A DNA stretch of 64,000 bases from Octopus sinensis (taxonomy: Eukaryota), in assembly GCF_006345805.1 (NCBI RefSeq), contig NC_043014.1:43772001-43836000 (forward strand). Reading direction: 5' to 3'. Within the stretch, counting starts at the first letter, position 1; each line of letters opens with the position of its first letter. Below the pieces are notes generated by a model, which was not told the origin of the DNA, did not search any database, and saw only the letters and a program-made list of their open reading frames with translations. The translations under genes and the position numbers were made by a program. This document shows positions 51,005 to 63,603 of the stretch, one piece after another.

Positions 51005-51176
51005 AGGCGTTGGAGTGGCTGTGTGGTAAGTAGCTTGCTTACCAACCACATGGTCCCGGGTTCAGTCCCACTGCGTGGCACCTTGGGCAAGTGTCTTCTA
51101 CTATAGCCTCGGATCGACCAAAGCCTTGTGAGTGGATTTGGTAGACGGAAACTGAAGGAAGCCCATCGTGTATATG

Positions 51177-51207
<31 letters not shown>

Positions 51208-51392
51208 TTGTGTGTCTGCGTTTGTCCTCCCAACATCGCTTGACAACCGATGCTGGTGTGTTTACGTCAAAAGAGACCGATAGAATAAGTACTAGGCTTC
51301 CAAAGAATAAGTCCTGGGGTCGATTTGCTCGACTACAGGCAGTGCTCCAGCATGGCCACAGTCAAATGACTGAAACAAGTAAAAGAGTAAAG
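51005..51392 (+). mobile_element. SINE family A
   Basis: Family match, with a small internal deletion near 51268. Confidence 0.88.
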
Positions 51393-52208
51393 AGTGTGTA
51401 TGAATGTATTTCCTTGTTTGTTATTTCTGGTTTTAATACTTTCAAACTTCATGAAGTAAATGGTCAGATTCTTTTCTGTGTTCTCCGCTCTGTTAGCCAT
51501 CAAATTCTTAACTGTCACGTAGTTAAAAGAGGTTTGGCAGGCAGAAGTGTAAAAGAAGCAAGGGCTTTACCTCCATAACATTTGCTTCCAAAGAAGTTGC
51601 TGTTTCCTCTTTATTTCAATCACCACTGCCATCTCCCTGTATTTCCCCAGTGGCCATTGTGATTACTTAGAGTAAGCGGTTGTTACGTGTAAGGATTTTT
51701 CTCACTGGGAACTGGGTTAAAATGAAAAGAGAAAAAAATCTATAACTGGATAGTGGTAACCTTAACTATAACAGTACCTTACCTTGTGTATGTACGAGAG
51801 AGGGAGAGAATAAAGAGATGAAATACAATATCTGTTAGAATGATGTGTCATGTCAGAGGGACAGGTGAATACACTGAAGGGAAGAGATGAAGGATGACAC
51901 TTTGATTTCAATAAACTTTTGATTGAATAGCAGTGCACGGTTGGTATGCAAAGGAATTTTACCGAGGATGATTGCTTCCCGCTTGCACATGTCAAATCCA
52001 GCAGTGTTGCGTTTCTCACAAGAACTAGCAGTGGAGTGTTGAACTACTGTATTTATCGAATGCAGTGGATGCTGCTTATTGCGGTCACTTTGGTATTGGA
52101 GCCTTTTAAACCTTTTGTTACTTTGTTCCTTTCTAAACAACATTATTTAGGTTTCAGTTTATTTTTGAAAATAACAAATAATTTGGAAAAAATAAAAAAT
52201 AAAAAGAG

Positions 52209-52564
52209 GCTGGCTCTGTAGTACGAATGTCTTTTTTCATAAGTTTTGACGTTCTGAGTTCAAATTCCGCCAAGGTCGACTTTGCCTTTCATCCTTTCGG
52301 GGTCGATAAATTAAGTATCAGTTGCCTACTGGGGTTGATCTAATCAACTGCTCCCCGCCCTTACCCAAAATTTCAGGCCTTGCACCTAGAGTAGAAAAGT
52401 TTTCATAAGTTTTGAATTAAACCCTTCCACCAAACCTCAGTCATAATTTATATTCCTAACACTACTTGAATGATAACAAAGTTATTTTACTAAATTCTTT
52501 GTTATATTTTAAATTAATTGAAAGAAACGCACAGCATCTCAAAATATATATGGTAACGAAAGGG
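52209..52564 (+). mobile_element. piggyBac-like MITE (5'-truncated) containing a SINE C-variant insertion at 52250-52399
   Basis: Matches 55333-55552. The SINE is flanked by a 16-bp TSD TTTTCATAAGTTTTGA (52234-52249, 52400-52415). Confidence 0.8.
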
Positions 52565-52742
52565 TTAAGCTGATGTTTCAAATTAATTAACATTAAGTTT
52601 TAATGGAAGGTTTTACTTTTGATCACAGAAGTTTAAACCATAGAACTGAGGTTGATCTTAAGCAGGTTGGATTAAATGATAATAACACTAAGCGAGGAGA
52701 TATAGCAGTATCTTGACTTTGCTTCAGATCTATTAATTTCGA

Positions 52743-52909
52743 TAGGCGCAGGAGTGGCTGTGTGGTAAGTAGCTTGCTAACCAACCACATGGTTCCGGGT
52801 TCAGTCCCACTGCGTGGCATCTTGGGCAAGTGTCTTCCGCTATAGCCCCGGGCTGACCAATGCCTTGTGAGTGGATTTGGTAGACGGAAACAAAAAGAAG
52901 CCTGTCATA

Positions 52910-52952
<43 letters not shown>

Positions 52953-53160
52953 GTATGTGTGTCTGTGTTTGTCCCCCTAGCATTGCTTGACAACCGATGC
53001 TGGTGTGTTTACGTCCCCGTCACTTAGCGGTTCGGCAAAAGAGCCTGATAGAATAAGTACTGGGCTTACAAAGAATAAGTCCCGGGGTCGATTTGCTCGA
53101 CTAAAGGTGGTGCCCCAGCATGGCCGCAGTCAAATGACTGAAACAAGTAAAAGAGTAAAA
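52743..53160 (+). mobile_element. SINE family A, full length
   Basis: Family match. Confidence 0.9.
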
Positions 53161-53366
53161 GCATAACTGATTGATTACATTAGCTATGATTATAATAAGC
53201 AGCTTCCACTGTAGTTAAGTGCAGTGAGTCGATGAATTTTATTTACTTACTCAAAATTATGTCTGTGAAGAGTAGAAAAAATATCATCTCTAATCAAGAA
53301 AGGTAGTAGTATGGAATAATTAATTAAATATAGAATGCAGTAGGCAGTGCACCTGACTTTTGATAA

Positions 53367-53752
53367 GTATATGACAACTCCAGATATGTTTCTGTATTAT
53401 TACACCTCACCAGCGAAGTAGAGTTGAACTGCTTAGTACAGGGTGTGTCATGGGCAGTAGGTATATATGACAACTCCAGATATGTTTCTGTATTATTACA
53501 CCTCACCAGCGAAGTAGAGTTGAACTGCTTAGTACAGGGTGTGTCATGGGCAGTAGGTATATATGACAACTCTAGATATGTTTCTGTATTATTACACCTC
53601 ACCAGCGAAGTAGAGTTGAACTGCTTAGTACAGGGTGTGTCATGGGCAGTAGGTATATATGACAACTCCAGATATGTTTCTGTATTATTACACCTCACCA
53701 GCGAAGTAGAGTTGAACTGCTTAGTACAGGGTGTGTCATGGGTAGTAGGTAT
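53367..53752. repeat. 96-bp minisatellite, 4 near-identical copies
   Basis: ATGACAACTC recurs at 53371, 53467, 53563 and 53659. Confidence 0.95.
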
Positions 53753-54357
53753 GTTAAGGTCAAAGTCACAGGAAAAAAAAATTGCCATGTTTTTTTAAAT
53801 TAAGATGATCTTCAGTTTGGCTGACACCATGTCTTCTCATCCATAAAGGAAGAGTTCAAAAGACATTACTAATATTTTATGGTGGCATAGTATTTATCCA
53901 TTTCAGACCTACTTAATTAGTATTTGCTTCATAAGAGAGTCGACCCAGAGGCATTTAACAATTTCTTTGGTATAAATTTCTAATATAGTTCTTCAAAGAA
54001 ATTCCTAATTCAATGTTTACAGAATCAACTGAAATTCATTCCATTCTACTACAAAGCAACAATATGAACAAAGTTTAAATCTCCCACCTAAATTCTTATC
54101 TCTGTCTTAATCCTTTCTAATCTATTTACACCATGTAGTCTTCTTAAAACTGTTTGCCTACGAAACTTTACTCAAATTTTTCATTCACGAAACCTTATGT
54201 CTTTGGTAATTTGTAAAATCACATTATTCTAGTCTGACACTAACAGTAAGGTCACATGTTCAAAGATTTCAATAAATCAGAGTTTTTATGCTTTCTGTAA
54301 ACCCACTTTCCAGTTGCTTCAACAACATAAGGAGGAAAATAAAATAATTAAAAAATA

Positions 54358-54757
54358 AGACGGCGAGCTGGCAGAAATGTTAGCACGCCGGACGAAATGC
54401 TTAGCGGTATTTCGTCTGCCGTTACATTCTGAGTTCAAATTCCGCCGAGGTTGACTTTGCCTTTCATCCTTTCGGGGTCGATAAATTAAGTACCAGTTAC
54501 GCACTGGGGTCGATGTAATCGACTTAATCCGTTTGTCTGTCCTTGTTTGTCCCCTCTGTGTTTAGCCCCATGTGGATAGTAAAGAAATAGGTATTTCGTC
54601 TGCCGTTACATTCTGAGTTCAAATTCCGCCGAGGTCGACTTTGCCTTTCATCCTTAAGTTCCAGTTACACACTGGGGTCGATGTAATCGACTTAATCCGT
54701 TTGTCTGTCCTTATATGTCCCCTCTATGTTTAGCCCCTTGTGGGCAATGAAGAAATA
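54358..54757 (+). mobile_element. SINE family C, dimer
   Basis: The second body starts at 54591 after AAAGAAATAG. Confidence 0.9.
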
Positions 54758-55332
54758 TGAACTAGCATACTTTGATGGTAATGCACCGGACCCATTCCTC
54801 GTGGCAATGATGAAAACAATAGTGATGAGGAGTAGATGATGAAGACAATGAGGATGACAACAGTGATGAAGATAATTATAGCTTTAACAGTAATAGTGAT
54901 GATGAAGTAGATAATAAAGATAACGATGATGACAATAACAATTTTATGATGATGATAACAACGGCGATGACAAAGCAGGTGATGAAGACAATGATACTGA
55001 TGATGATGTTGATGATGATAATGATAATTTGTTAATATTGATAACTGGTGATGACAATGATGATGATGATGATGATAATGATGATCACCATCACCATCAT
55101 CATCATCGGCATAAGTTATTTCTTAGTATTAACCCTTTGGTGTTTAAGCCAGCCATATCTGGGCCCAAATATCCTACATGTTTTTTACATTCAAACTGGC
55201 CCTATTTAGCCTCTCACAGCTAACCTACATTGACATTCTAAGAATAAACTATCATACCATTGAAACTTTAGAGCTATAAGATAATGCATGATTAATTCAA
55301 AACGATTTGAGTGAAAAAAGTATTACATTTAA

Positions 55333-55552
55333 CCCTTTCATTACCAACCTGGCTGAAACCGGTTCTGGCTCTGAGTACAAATGTTTTGTTTTCATAAGTT
55401 TTGAATTAAATTCTTCCACTAAACCTTAGTCACAATTTATGTTCCTAACGCTAGCTTAATGGTAACTAAGTTATTTTATTAAATTCTTTGTTATATTTAA
55501 AATAATTGAAAGAAACACAGAGCATCTCAAAATAAATACAGTAATGAAAGGG
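55333..55552. mobile_element. piggyBac-like MITE
   Basis: TTAA|CCCTTTCATTAC ... GTAATGAAAGGG|TTAA. Confidence 0.82.
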
Positions 55553-55583
55553 TTAAAATATATAATAGAGAAATAATTCTTAA

Positions 55584-55804
55584 CCCTTTTAATACCAACT
55601 CAGCTGAAACCACTCCTGGCTCTGTAGTACAAATGTCTTGTTTTCATAAGTTTCGAATTAAAATCTTCCACCAAACCTTAGTCACAATTTATGTTCCTAA
55701 CACTAGCTTAATGATAACTAAGTTATTTTACTAAATTCTTTGTTATATTTAAAGTAATTGAAAGAAACACAGAGCATCTCAAAATAAATACAGTAACGAA
55801 AGGG
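55584..55804. mobile_element. piggyBac-like MITE, second adjacent copy
   Basis: TTAA|CCCTTTTAATAC ... GTAACGAAAGGG|TTAA. Confidence 0.82.
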
Positions 55805-56665
55805 TTAACAGAGTAATCTGAACACAAAAGGGTTAAGTTCATTAAGTGAAAATGACCAGGAACTAAAGTGGCCTTTTCTACATTGATGCCAGTCATGCAT
55901 ACAGTTAAATTGTCCATCATAATGGGATAATTATTTTGATGGCTAAAAATCACGGAAGACACCTTAAAAAAAACAAAAAAAAAAACAAAAAAAAACTTCA
56001 TGCTAAAACAGTTCCGTGCAGCACCTTCAGCTAAGTAAACTGTGTTACACAAAGAGAAATACAAGAATATGCACATGCACACACACACACACACACACGC
56101 ATGGTACACGGAGCTGGTACAGATTGAGATCGCAATTTTTAATGCGGGAAAATATTCCAGAAAGTATGTTAAATAAGAAAATCCTAAAAATCTTGGGAAT
56201 TTCAATAGTTTAAGACAAACGCTCGTGCTCAGTTTCATATCAAATGTTTGCACAGGAGTTCACATCAATTATGTATGCCAAACTCAGTAAATATTTATTC
56301 AAAATTGATTAGCATGTGCTCTCTTAAGATGAATCGACAAACACAAACAGAGAAAATGAAAGAAAGGAAAGAGGTTGCTGGTAACATAAAAACATATTAA
56401 TAACAAACAAACAAGCAAAAAAAGAAGTCATGGAGATTTTTGATGAGTTCAAAGAGGTTTTAATGAATTATAAATACTACATCATGAAAGATTGTTTCAA
56501 AATGGAACTGCTAATTCAAATGTGTTATCCACACATCACCCCCGACCTTCTCTTACATACTTGAAAAGGTTTTTAGATTTATAGGAATGAATGAGAGGCT
56601 ATGAAATGTTCATGTTTTCCATTGAGGAGGGTTTAGTATTGCATCACTACGTTCAGAGTTCAGAT

Positions 56666-57305
56666 CCTGCAGGGGTCAACTTTGACATGCACACTATATA
56701 CAAACAGATATCATCATCATCATCATCATCATCATCATTGTTTAACGTCCGCTTTCCATGCTGGCATGGGTTGGACAATTTGACCGAGGACTGGTGAACT
56801 AGACGGCTGCACCAGGCTCCAATCTTGATCTGGCAGAATTTCTACAGCTGGATGCCCATCCTAACGCCAACCACTCCTGCAGGGGTCAACTTTGACATGC
56901 ACACTATACACACACACATATCATCATCATCATCGTTTAACGTCCGCTTTCCATGCTAGCATGGGTTGGACGATTTGACCGAGGACTGGCGAACCAGACG
57001 GCTGCACCAGGCTCCAATCTTGATCTGGCAGAGTTCCTACAGCTAAATCCCCTTCCTAACGCCAACCACTCTGAGAGTGTAGTGGGTGCTTTTATGTGCC
57101 ACCGGCATGAGGGCCAGTCAGGTGGTACTGGCAACGGCCACACTCAAACGGTGTTTTTTACGTGCCACATAGACACAAGCCAGTCCAGTGGCACTGGCAA
57201 CTACCTCGCTGAAATGCTTTTTCATATGCCACCAGCACAAGTGCCAGTAAGGCGATGCTGGTAATGATTACACTTGAATAGTGCTTTTTATGTGCCACCG
57301 GCATC
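56666..57305 (-). mobile_element. RTE tail with a 210-bp tandem duplication of flank plus tail
   Basis: CCTGCAGGGGTCAACTTTGACATGCACACTATA at 56666 and 56876. Confidence 0.8.
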
Positions 57306-57483
57306 ACCATAAGTTAGCAGTTTTGGTGAAAGAGTGATAGAATAAGTACCAGGCTTAAAATATAACTACCCGGGTTGATTTGTTTGGCTAAACCCTCCAA
57401 GACAGTGCTCCAGCATGGCTGCTGTCCGATGACTGTGATAAGTAAAAGATAAAAGATGACATTATTACAGGTTTTTTGCATTA

Positions 57484-57915
57484 TAGGCGTGGGAGTGGCT
57501 GTGTGGTAAGTAGCTTGCTTACCAACCACATGGTTCCGGGTTCTGTCCCACTGCGTGGCACCTTGGGCAAGTGTCTTCTACTATAGCCTCGGGCCGACCA
57601 AAGCCTTGTGAGTGGATCTGGTAGACGGAAACTGTAAGAAGACTGTCGTATATATATATATATATATTATATATATATATATATTTATAATGTGCGTGTA
57701 TATATTTGTGTGTCTGTGTTTGTACCCCCGACATCACTTGACAACCGATGCTGGTGTGTTCACATCACCATAACTTAGTGGTTCGGCAAAAGAGACCGAT
57801 AGAATAAGTACTAGGCTTACAAAGAATAAGTCCTCCTGGGGTCAATTTGCTCGACTAGAAAAGGCGTTGCTCCAGCATGGCCACAGTCAAATGACTGAAA
57901 CAAGTAAAAGAGTAA
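57484..57915 (+). mobile_element. SINE family A, full length
   Basis: Family match. Confidence 0.9.
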
Positions 57916-58990
57916 AAAAGAGAGTATTACTGCTTTTCAGCCGAACAGAATTGTTTCTAAATAAATTGCAGGCTTACATAGGTTTTTAATAATGTTAGAC
58001 ATTTGGTCAGATCAAAAAAAAAAACTGGCAATAGACGAGAATCTAAAGTTTAAAATTAAATGGTTAATAGTAAATAATATGATAGTATAATGAAAGCTAG
58101 AGTAAGCAGCCGCACTGTGGTGTTTATAAATGTACACTGTTCTTGCTGTTTACTTTATCTCTATTATCTGATCTTATCTCCAAATGATTTATTTAAATGG
58201 TTTGTTAGAATATAAACCAATTTAGGTTTTAAAACATTAGAAATCTCTGTAATTTTCAGGTTTCGTTTTGATAAGAAAAAAGAAAACAGATATAATGATA
58301 TAATAATCTAGGGGTGTGGACTTGAGCATGCAGTTAAAAAGCTTTTTTTGCAATCACATGGTTTCTGGTTCAGTCATCAACACAGTATTAGCTGGCCTGG
58401 GGGGTCCATAGTAGAAGACAATTGCCTGAATGAGGGATCTTTTCGGTTTGAACGGCAGTTTTTTCTTGCAGTGTCATGTGAAATTGTCACCCATAATTAT
58501 GACCCTAGTATCGATCTATTGCATTTCAATCTGCCTGAAATGTTGTGCAGTAGGACTGATGGAAACTGTGAAAACCTATTGAGTGTATGTGTGTGTGTTT
58601 GCACATATAAATATATGTGTAAATGAGTGCTGAGCATGAAACTTATGGTAGCCCTCATAGTATGTTCATGTACAAACCTTGAGAACATATTGACTAGATG
58701 TGTGATGCAAAACTGTGTTAATTTACCAATCAAATAGGCTCTCTTCATTATCTAGCATATACAAAATCCTACATCGGCATGTGTGAAAGACCTTTCAAAA
58801 GTGTTTAATCAAATCATAAATCTGCTTTTAAATATATAAGTGAAATACCACAGCTTTAACAAGCTGTGTTTACAAGCTGTGTTTGGCTCATGATTGTAAG
58901 GTTGAGGTTTCAGTTCCTGGTTGTGTGGTGAGTCCTTGGGCAAGACACTTTATTGCATGTTGCTGCAATCTAATCAGCTAGTACAAATGA

Positions 58991-59414
58991 GGGATCTTTT
59001 TGGTTTGAACGGCAGTTTTTTCTAGCGGTGTCATATGAAATTGTCACCCGTAATTATGACCCTAGTGTCGATCTATTGCATTTCAATCTGTTTTAGGATT
59101 AGGATTAGGGGTGGTGGGAAGGGTCTCTTTTTTTCTTCACAAATGTAAATAAACCCAATCTGTTTCTTAAACGAGGGACATATTCATACGGCACAGAATG
59201 TTTTTTTACCTCAATGGACGTCAGTGATTGGTCGAAATTGCAGAAATTGAAGAAAAAAAAAACAACAAACATCTTACAAACTATAGAATTTTCTCAATAA
59301 AGCCAAGAGAAAAAGATGTTTTATAAACACATTCTACCAGTATACGAAGTTTAAAATTTTTTAGTTATCTAGAAATTAAGTTTAAAAAACTGCCGTTCAA
59401 ACCGAAAAGATCCC
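58991..59414. mobile_element. MITE with ~30-bp TIRs inserted in a family E SINE; partial second copy at 58434-58533
   Basis: GGGATCTTTTTGGTTTGAACGGCAGTTTTTT / AAAAAACTGCCGTTCAAACCGAAAAGATCCC. Confidence 0.82.
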
Positions 59415-60042
59415 AAATAAGTTGTATCTGTAATTTAAAGTGCTGGCCTTGTCAGTTTCTGTGTCGTGCCAAATCTCCATGGGAACTATGTTAAGGGTAT
59501 GTGTGTCTGTGGAGTGCCTAGCTACTTGTATGTTAATTTGACAAGCAGGCTGTTCTGTTGATCAGATCAAACTGAACATTCATCTTCATAACCCGATGTA
59601 CAGAGAAAAGGAGTGTCTCGCTAATTTTAAAGCATACATTTTAGCATTTAACCCCATTTTTTAGCACTCATTCATAAGTACATCCACCTCAAAACTCCTT
59701 TGTAACCTCTTAAGTGAGTAAAAATACTGCATTAGAAATCTCAGTTAATTACACATTCTTGTTGTATGAATGAATTTTACTTTGCTAACTTCAGTAGCAG
59801 ACTCAATGTAGATTTAGAAACCAACTGAAAGGCTGTATCCTGCTGTACTAGCTTCACACCATCCATCTGCACTGAAATTATTTCTACTTCCTACTAGGCA
59901 CCTCTGTCTGAAGACTGCTTTCAGGAACAAAACTTCAAGTAATTGAAGGCAAAATGACAAAAATTAATACATACATCACACGCGCACACACATGGATGCA
60001 TGCACACACACACACACACAACTATATATACTTCTTTACTAC

Positions 60043-60250
60043 CCACAAGAGGCTAAACACAGAGGGGACAAACAAGGACAGACAAACGGAGTAAGTCGAT
60101 TATATCAATTCCAGTGCTTAATTTATCGACCCCGAAAGGATGAATGGCAAAGTCGACCTCGGCAGAATTTGAACTCAGAACGTAACAGCACACGAAATAT
60201 GGCTACGCACTTCGCCCGGCGTGCTAACATTTCTGCCAGCTCACCGCCTT
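60043..60250 (-). mobile_element. SINE family C, monomer
   Basis: Family match. Confidence 0.85.
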
Positions 60251-60647
60251 TACACACACACAACTATATACATAGACAAACATATTTATACACACACATT
60301 TCTGTAAGTTTATGTGTGGCTAGAGTGCTGAACTTGTAATCATAAGATTGTGGTTTCAATTCTTGGACTGGGCAATGTATTGTGTCCTTGAGCAAAACAC
60401 TTAATTTCCTGTTGCTCCAGTCCATTCATCTGGTAGAAATGGGTAATCCTGCAACACACCAGCATCTGGTCCAGGAAGGAATACATATGCCAGAGAACCT
60501 GGAAGACCGACCCCATGGCCAACCATATATGGATAACTTAAAACATTTGTACACATTCTAACACAAATATGTTTGAATATGTGTCTATGTGCCATTGGAG
60601 TGAGGTGGAGCCTGCAATCTGCATTGCAGCTTACCTCTCTTAGATTT

Positions 60648-60960
60648 GTGGAGGCGCAATGGCCCAGTGGTTAGGGCAGCAGACTTGCAGTCGGAGGATT
60701 GCAGTTTCGATTCCCAGACCAGGTGTTATGTGTGTTTATTGTGCAAAAATACCTAAAAGCTCCACAAGGTTTCGGCAGGGGGTGGTGGTGACCCCTGTTG
60801 TACTCTTTTGCTACAACTTTCTCTCACTCTCTCTTCCTCTTTCTTGAGTAACGCTGCGATGGACTGATGTCCCGTCCAGCTGGGGTGGAACACATACGCC
60901 ACATAAACCGGGAAACCGGGCCCATGAGCCTGGCTAGGCTTGGAAAGGGTGACGTTTATC
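60648..60960 (+). mobile_element. Chimeric SINE: family D 5' half joined to the tail seen at 47520-47620
   Basis: GGAGGCGCAATGGCCCAGTGG head; switches at about 60845 to GAGTAACGCTGCGATGGACTG...CATGAGCCTGGCTAGGC. Confidence 0.75.
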
Positions 60961-61620
60961 ATTTTATCTCTTAGATTTCTGTAGTTCCATCTAAGAACTA
61001 CTAAAAGTTAGAGGAAACACTTCAGCCCTTCTCTTACAGAACAACATATCTTATGCCAGGGGCTTGGTGAAATATATCTGAGATATACACAACACAGAAT
61101 TTGGATGACTTTCTGTAGTGTATCATGATGACCTGACCAAGCTAAACACATAAAATTATGACAAAATTTAGAAGGAAATATATACATGTTTTTATTTAAT
61201 AAAAATATGATTTAGCTTCACTGATTTAACCTATGAGTCTGTTTACTGTAGACGGGGAAATTTATTTATAAAGCTATCTGCAAACATGCAGTCTCAACAC
61301 TTCAAACACAGATATATAAATATGTTTGTGTGTGTGTGTGTGTTTACACACGCGTAATAAATGCATGTACAAACATACATATGTATGTTTGTATATGTAT
61401 ATGTATCTATCTTTACGTACACTGTACGTATGTTACATATACATAGATATATATTTTTTTATATACGTATATTACATGTATATATTTATATATGTTTATA
61501 TACACATACATGCACACACATATGTATATATGCACATGTAACATTATATATATATATATGCACATGTATATTCAAATATATATATATAAATATATATTAT
61601 ATATGTTTATATATATCCAT

Positions 61621-61654
<34 letters not shown>

Positions 61655-61755
61655 TATATATATATATATATCTATATATATACACACATACACACACACA
61701 TATATATATATACATACACACACATATATATATACATACACACACACACATATAT

Positions 61756-61789
<34 letters not shown>

Positions 61790-62459
61790 TTATACACATT
61801 TATTGGTGCTTTGTGGTTACATCATCACCATCCACATGCACACACACACCACACACACATAAATCAATAAATAACAACTTGGAAATCGTTGATGGCTACA
61901 AGCTCCATCCTGAGTTTACTAAAGTCATAATCACATTTCCCGAGGTCAGTTTTTGGCAAATAGTATTTTTGCGCTACATGTGTGCATGTGTTGGGGAGAG
62001 AAATGCTGTTTATCAAATCTGGGCAATTCAATATAAATTCCTCTTTCCTAGAATACACTTACAGACTCTTTTACAGGTATACCTGTGTTTCCACCAAATT
62101 ATATCCAACGTTACTTCATCACTGCCATCAGATTTCTGTGCATGTGTGTTGGCGAAATCATCATTTAACATCTACTTTTTCATGCCTGCATGGGTCAGGG
62201 GCAATTTGTTCAGTGTCGTTTTCTACAGCCAGATGATGCCCTTGCTGTGTTACCAATCCTCACCTGTTTCCAAGCAAGGTAATAATATTTCCAATGACCA
62301 GACCAGACTTGGTTTCTCATGGAAGACTGGAAATGAACTACCTCACCTGCATGACGATGATGATGTTTGTCGTGTGATGTCTAGGCGACAGCATACACAC
62401 ACGCATATACACACACACACACGTATGTATATATGTGTGTATATATATATAAATGTGAT

Positions 62460-62757
62460 CATGTGACCGACCAGACTATCAGATGTTGTTACACATCGCT
62501 GGTCACAATGCGTTCGCATTGTTTTAGCCTTTGAATGATGCCACCCCGCTGGCTAAGCGAGCAGGCCAACAGAAGAAAGAGTGGGAGAAAGAGTGGTGAA
62601 AGAGTACAGCAGGGATCACCACCCCCTGCCAGAGCCTCGTTGAGCTTTTAGGTGTTTTTGCTCAATAAACACACACAACACCCGGTCTGGGAATCGGAAC
62701 CGCGATCCTGCGACCGCGAGTCCGCTGCCCTAACCACTAGGCCATTGCGCCTCCACT
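62460..62757 (-). mobile_element. SINE family D monomer
   Basis: Family match. Confidence 0.9.
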
Positions 62758-62863
62758 ATATATATATGAATGTATATATGTATATATATGTGACCGCATG
62801 TGTACCATTGGCGATTTTTTTTCCTCCGTCTTCCCCCCCCCCTTTGATCTTTCCTTTTTCTAT

Positions 62864-62898
62864 GTTTCTGATGAAGAGATCCGCTCGAAATGTTCAAT
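62864..62898 (+). ncRNA. Hammerhead-like motif with intact core and weakened stem I
   Basis: GTTT-CTGATGA-A-GAG atccg CTC-GAAA-TGTT-CAAT. Confidence 0.55.
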
Positions 62899-63460
62899 CC
62901 TCATTCTTTCTTTCCTTTCCTGAGCGTCCAATAACACTATTCTTGTTCCACGTCCTCGCGTTGTCGTGTTTTCATGTTTGGATTAACTGTGTATATATAT
63001 ATATATAAATATAATATATATGTGTATACATACATATATATATACATACATATATATATACATATATATATATATATGTGTGTGTGTATGTTTGTATGTG
63101 CATACATATATATATATATGTGTGTGTGTGTGTGTATGTTTGTGTGTGTGTAACACATACATGCATGTAACTGCTTTCTTCCGGTTTTTCTGCAATCATT
63201 TCCACTCACAAGGCTTTGGCTAACCTCGTTCTGTCTGACAGAAGATGCTTTTCCAAAGTGCCAAACAGTTAGATAGAACCTAAGACCACACAGCTGGGAA
63301 CCAAGCTTCTTAACCACCCAGCCATGCCTATATACATACATACATCATACATACATACATACATACATACATACATACATACTACATACACCATACATAC
63401 ATACACACATACATACATACATACATACACACATACACACACACACACACATATATACAT

Positions 63461-63519
<59 letters not shown>

Positions 63520-63531
63520 TACACAACATAT

Positions 63532-63580
<49 letters not shown>

Positions 63581-63603
63581 ATATATATATTCTATATATA
63601 TAT

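Noticed and set aside
53324-53798. 154-aa and 124-aa repeat proteins
   Set aside because: One stop-free 32-codon unit repeated four times is not unusual by chance. There is no Met-initiated gene context or recognisable domain.
54790-55110. Acidic Asp-rich coding segment
   Set aside because: Degenerate (GAT)n microsatellite with stops.
55723-56253. 176-aa minus-strand ORF
   Set aside because: Runs through a MITE, a poly-T run and a (TG)n tract.
4316-57737. Recurrent ORF peptides such as RFLSVSVYQIHSQGFGRPEAIVEDTCPRCHAVGL
   Set aside because: Antisense readings of SINE family A, with inconsistent frames between copies.
61492-62466. 324-aa ORF, the longest in the track
   Set aside because: The first third is microsatellite and the end is an old RTE tail plus SINE. 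The LEIVDGYKLHPEFTKVIITFPE segment has a donor-like site but no acceptor.
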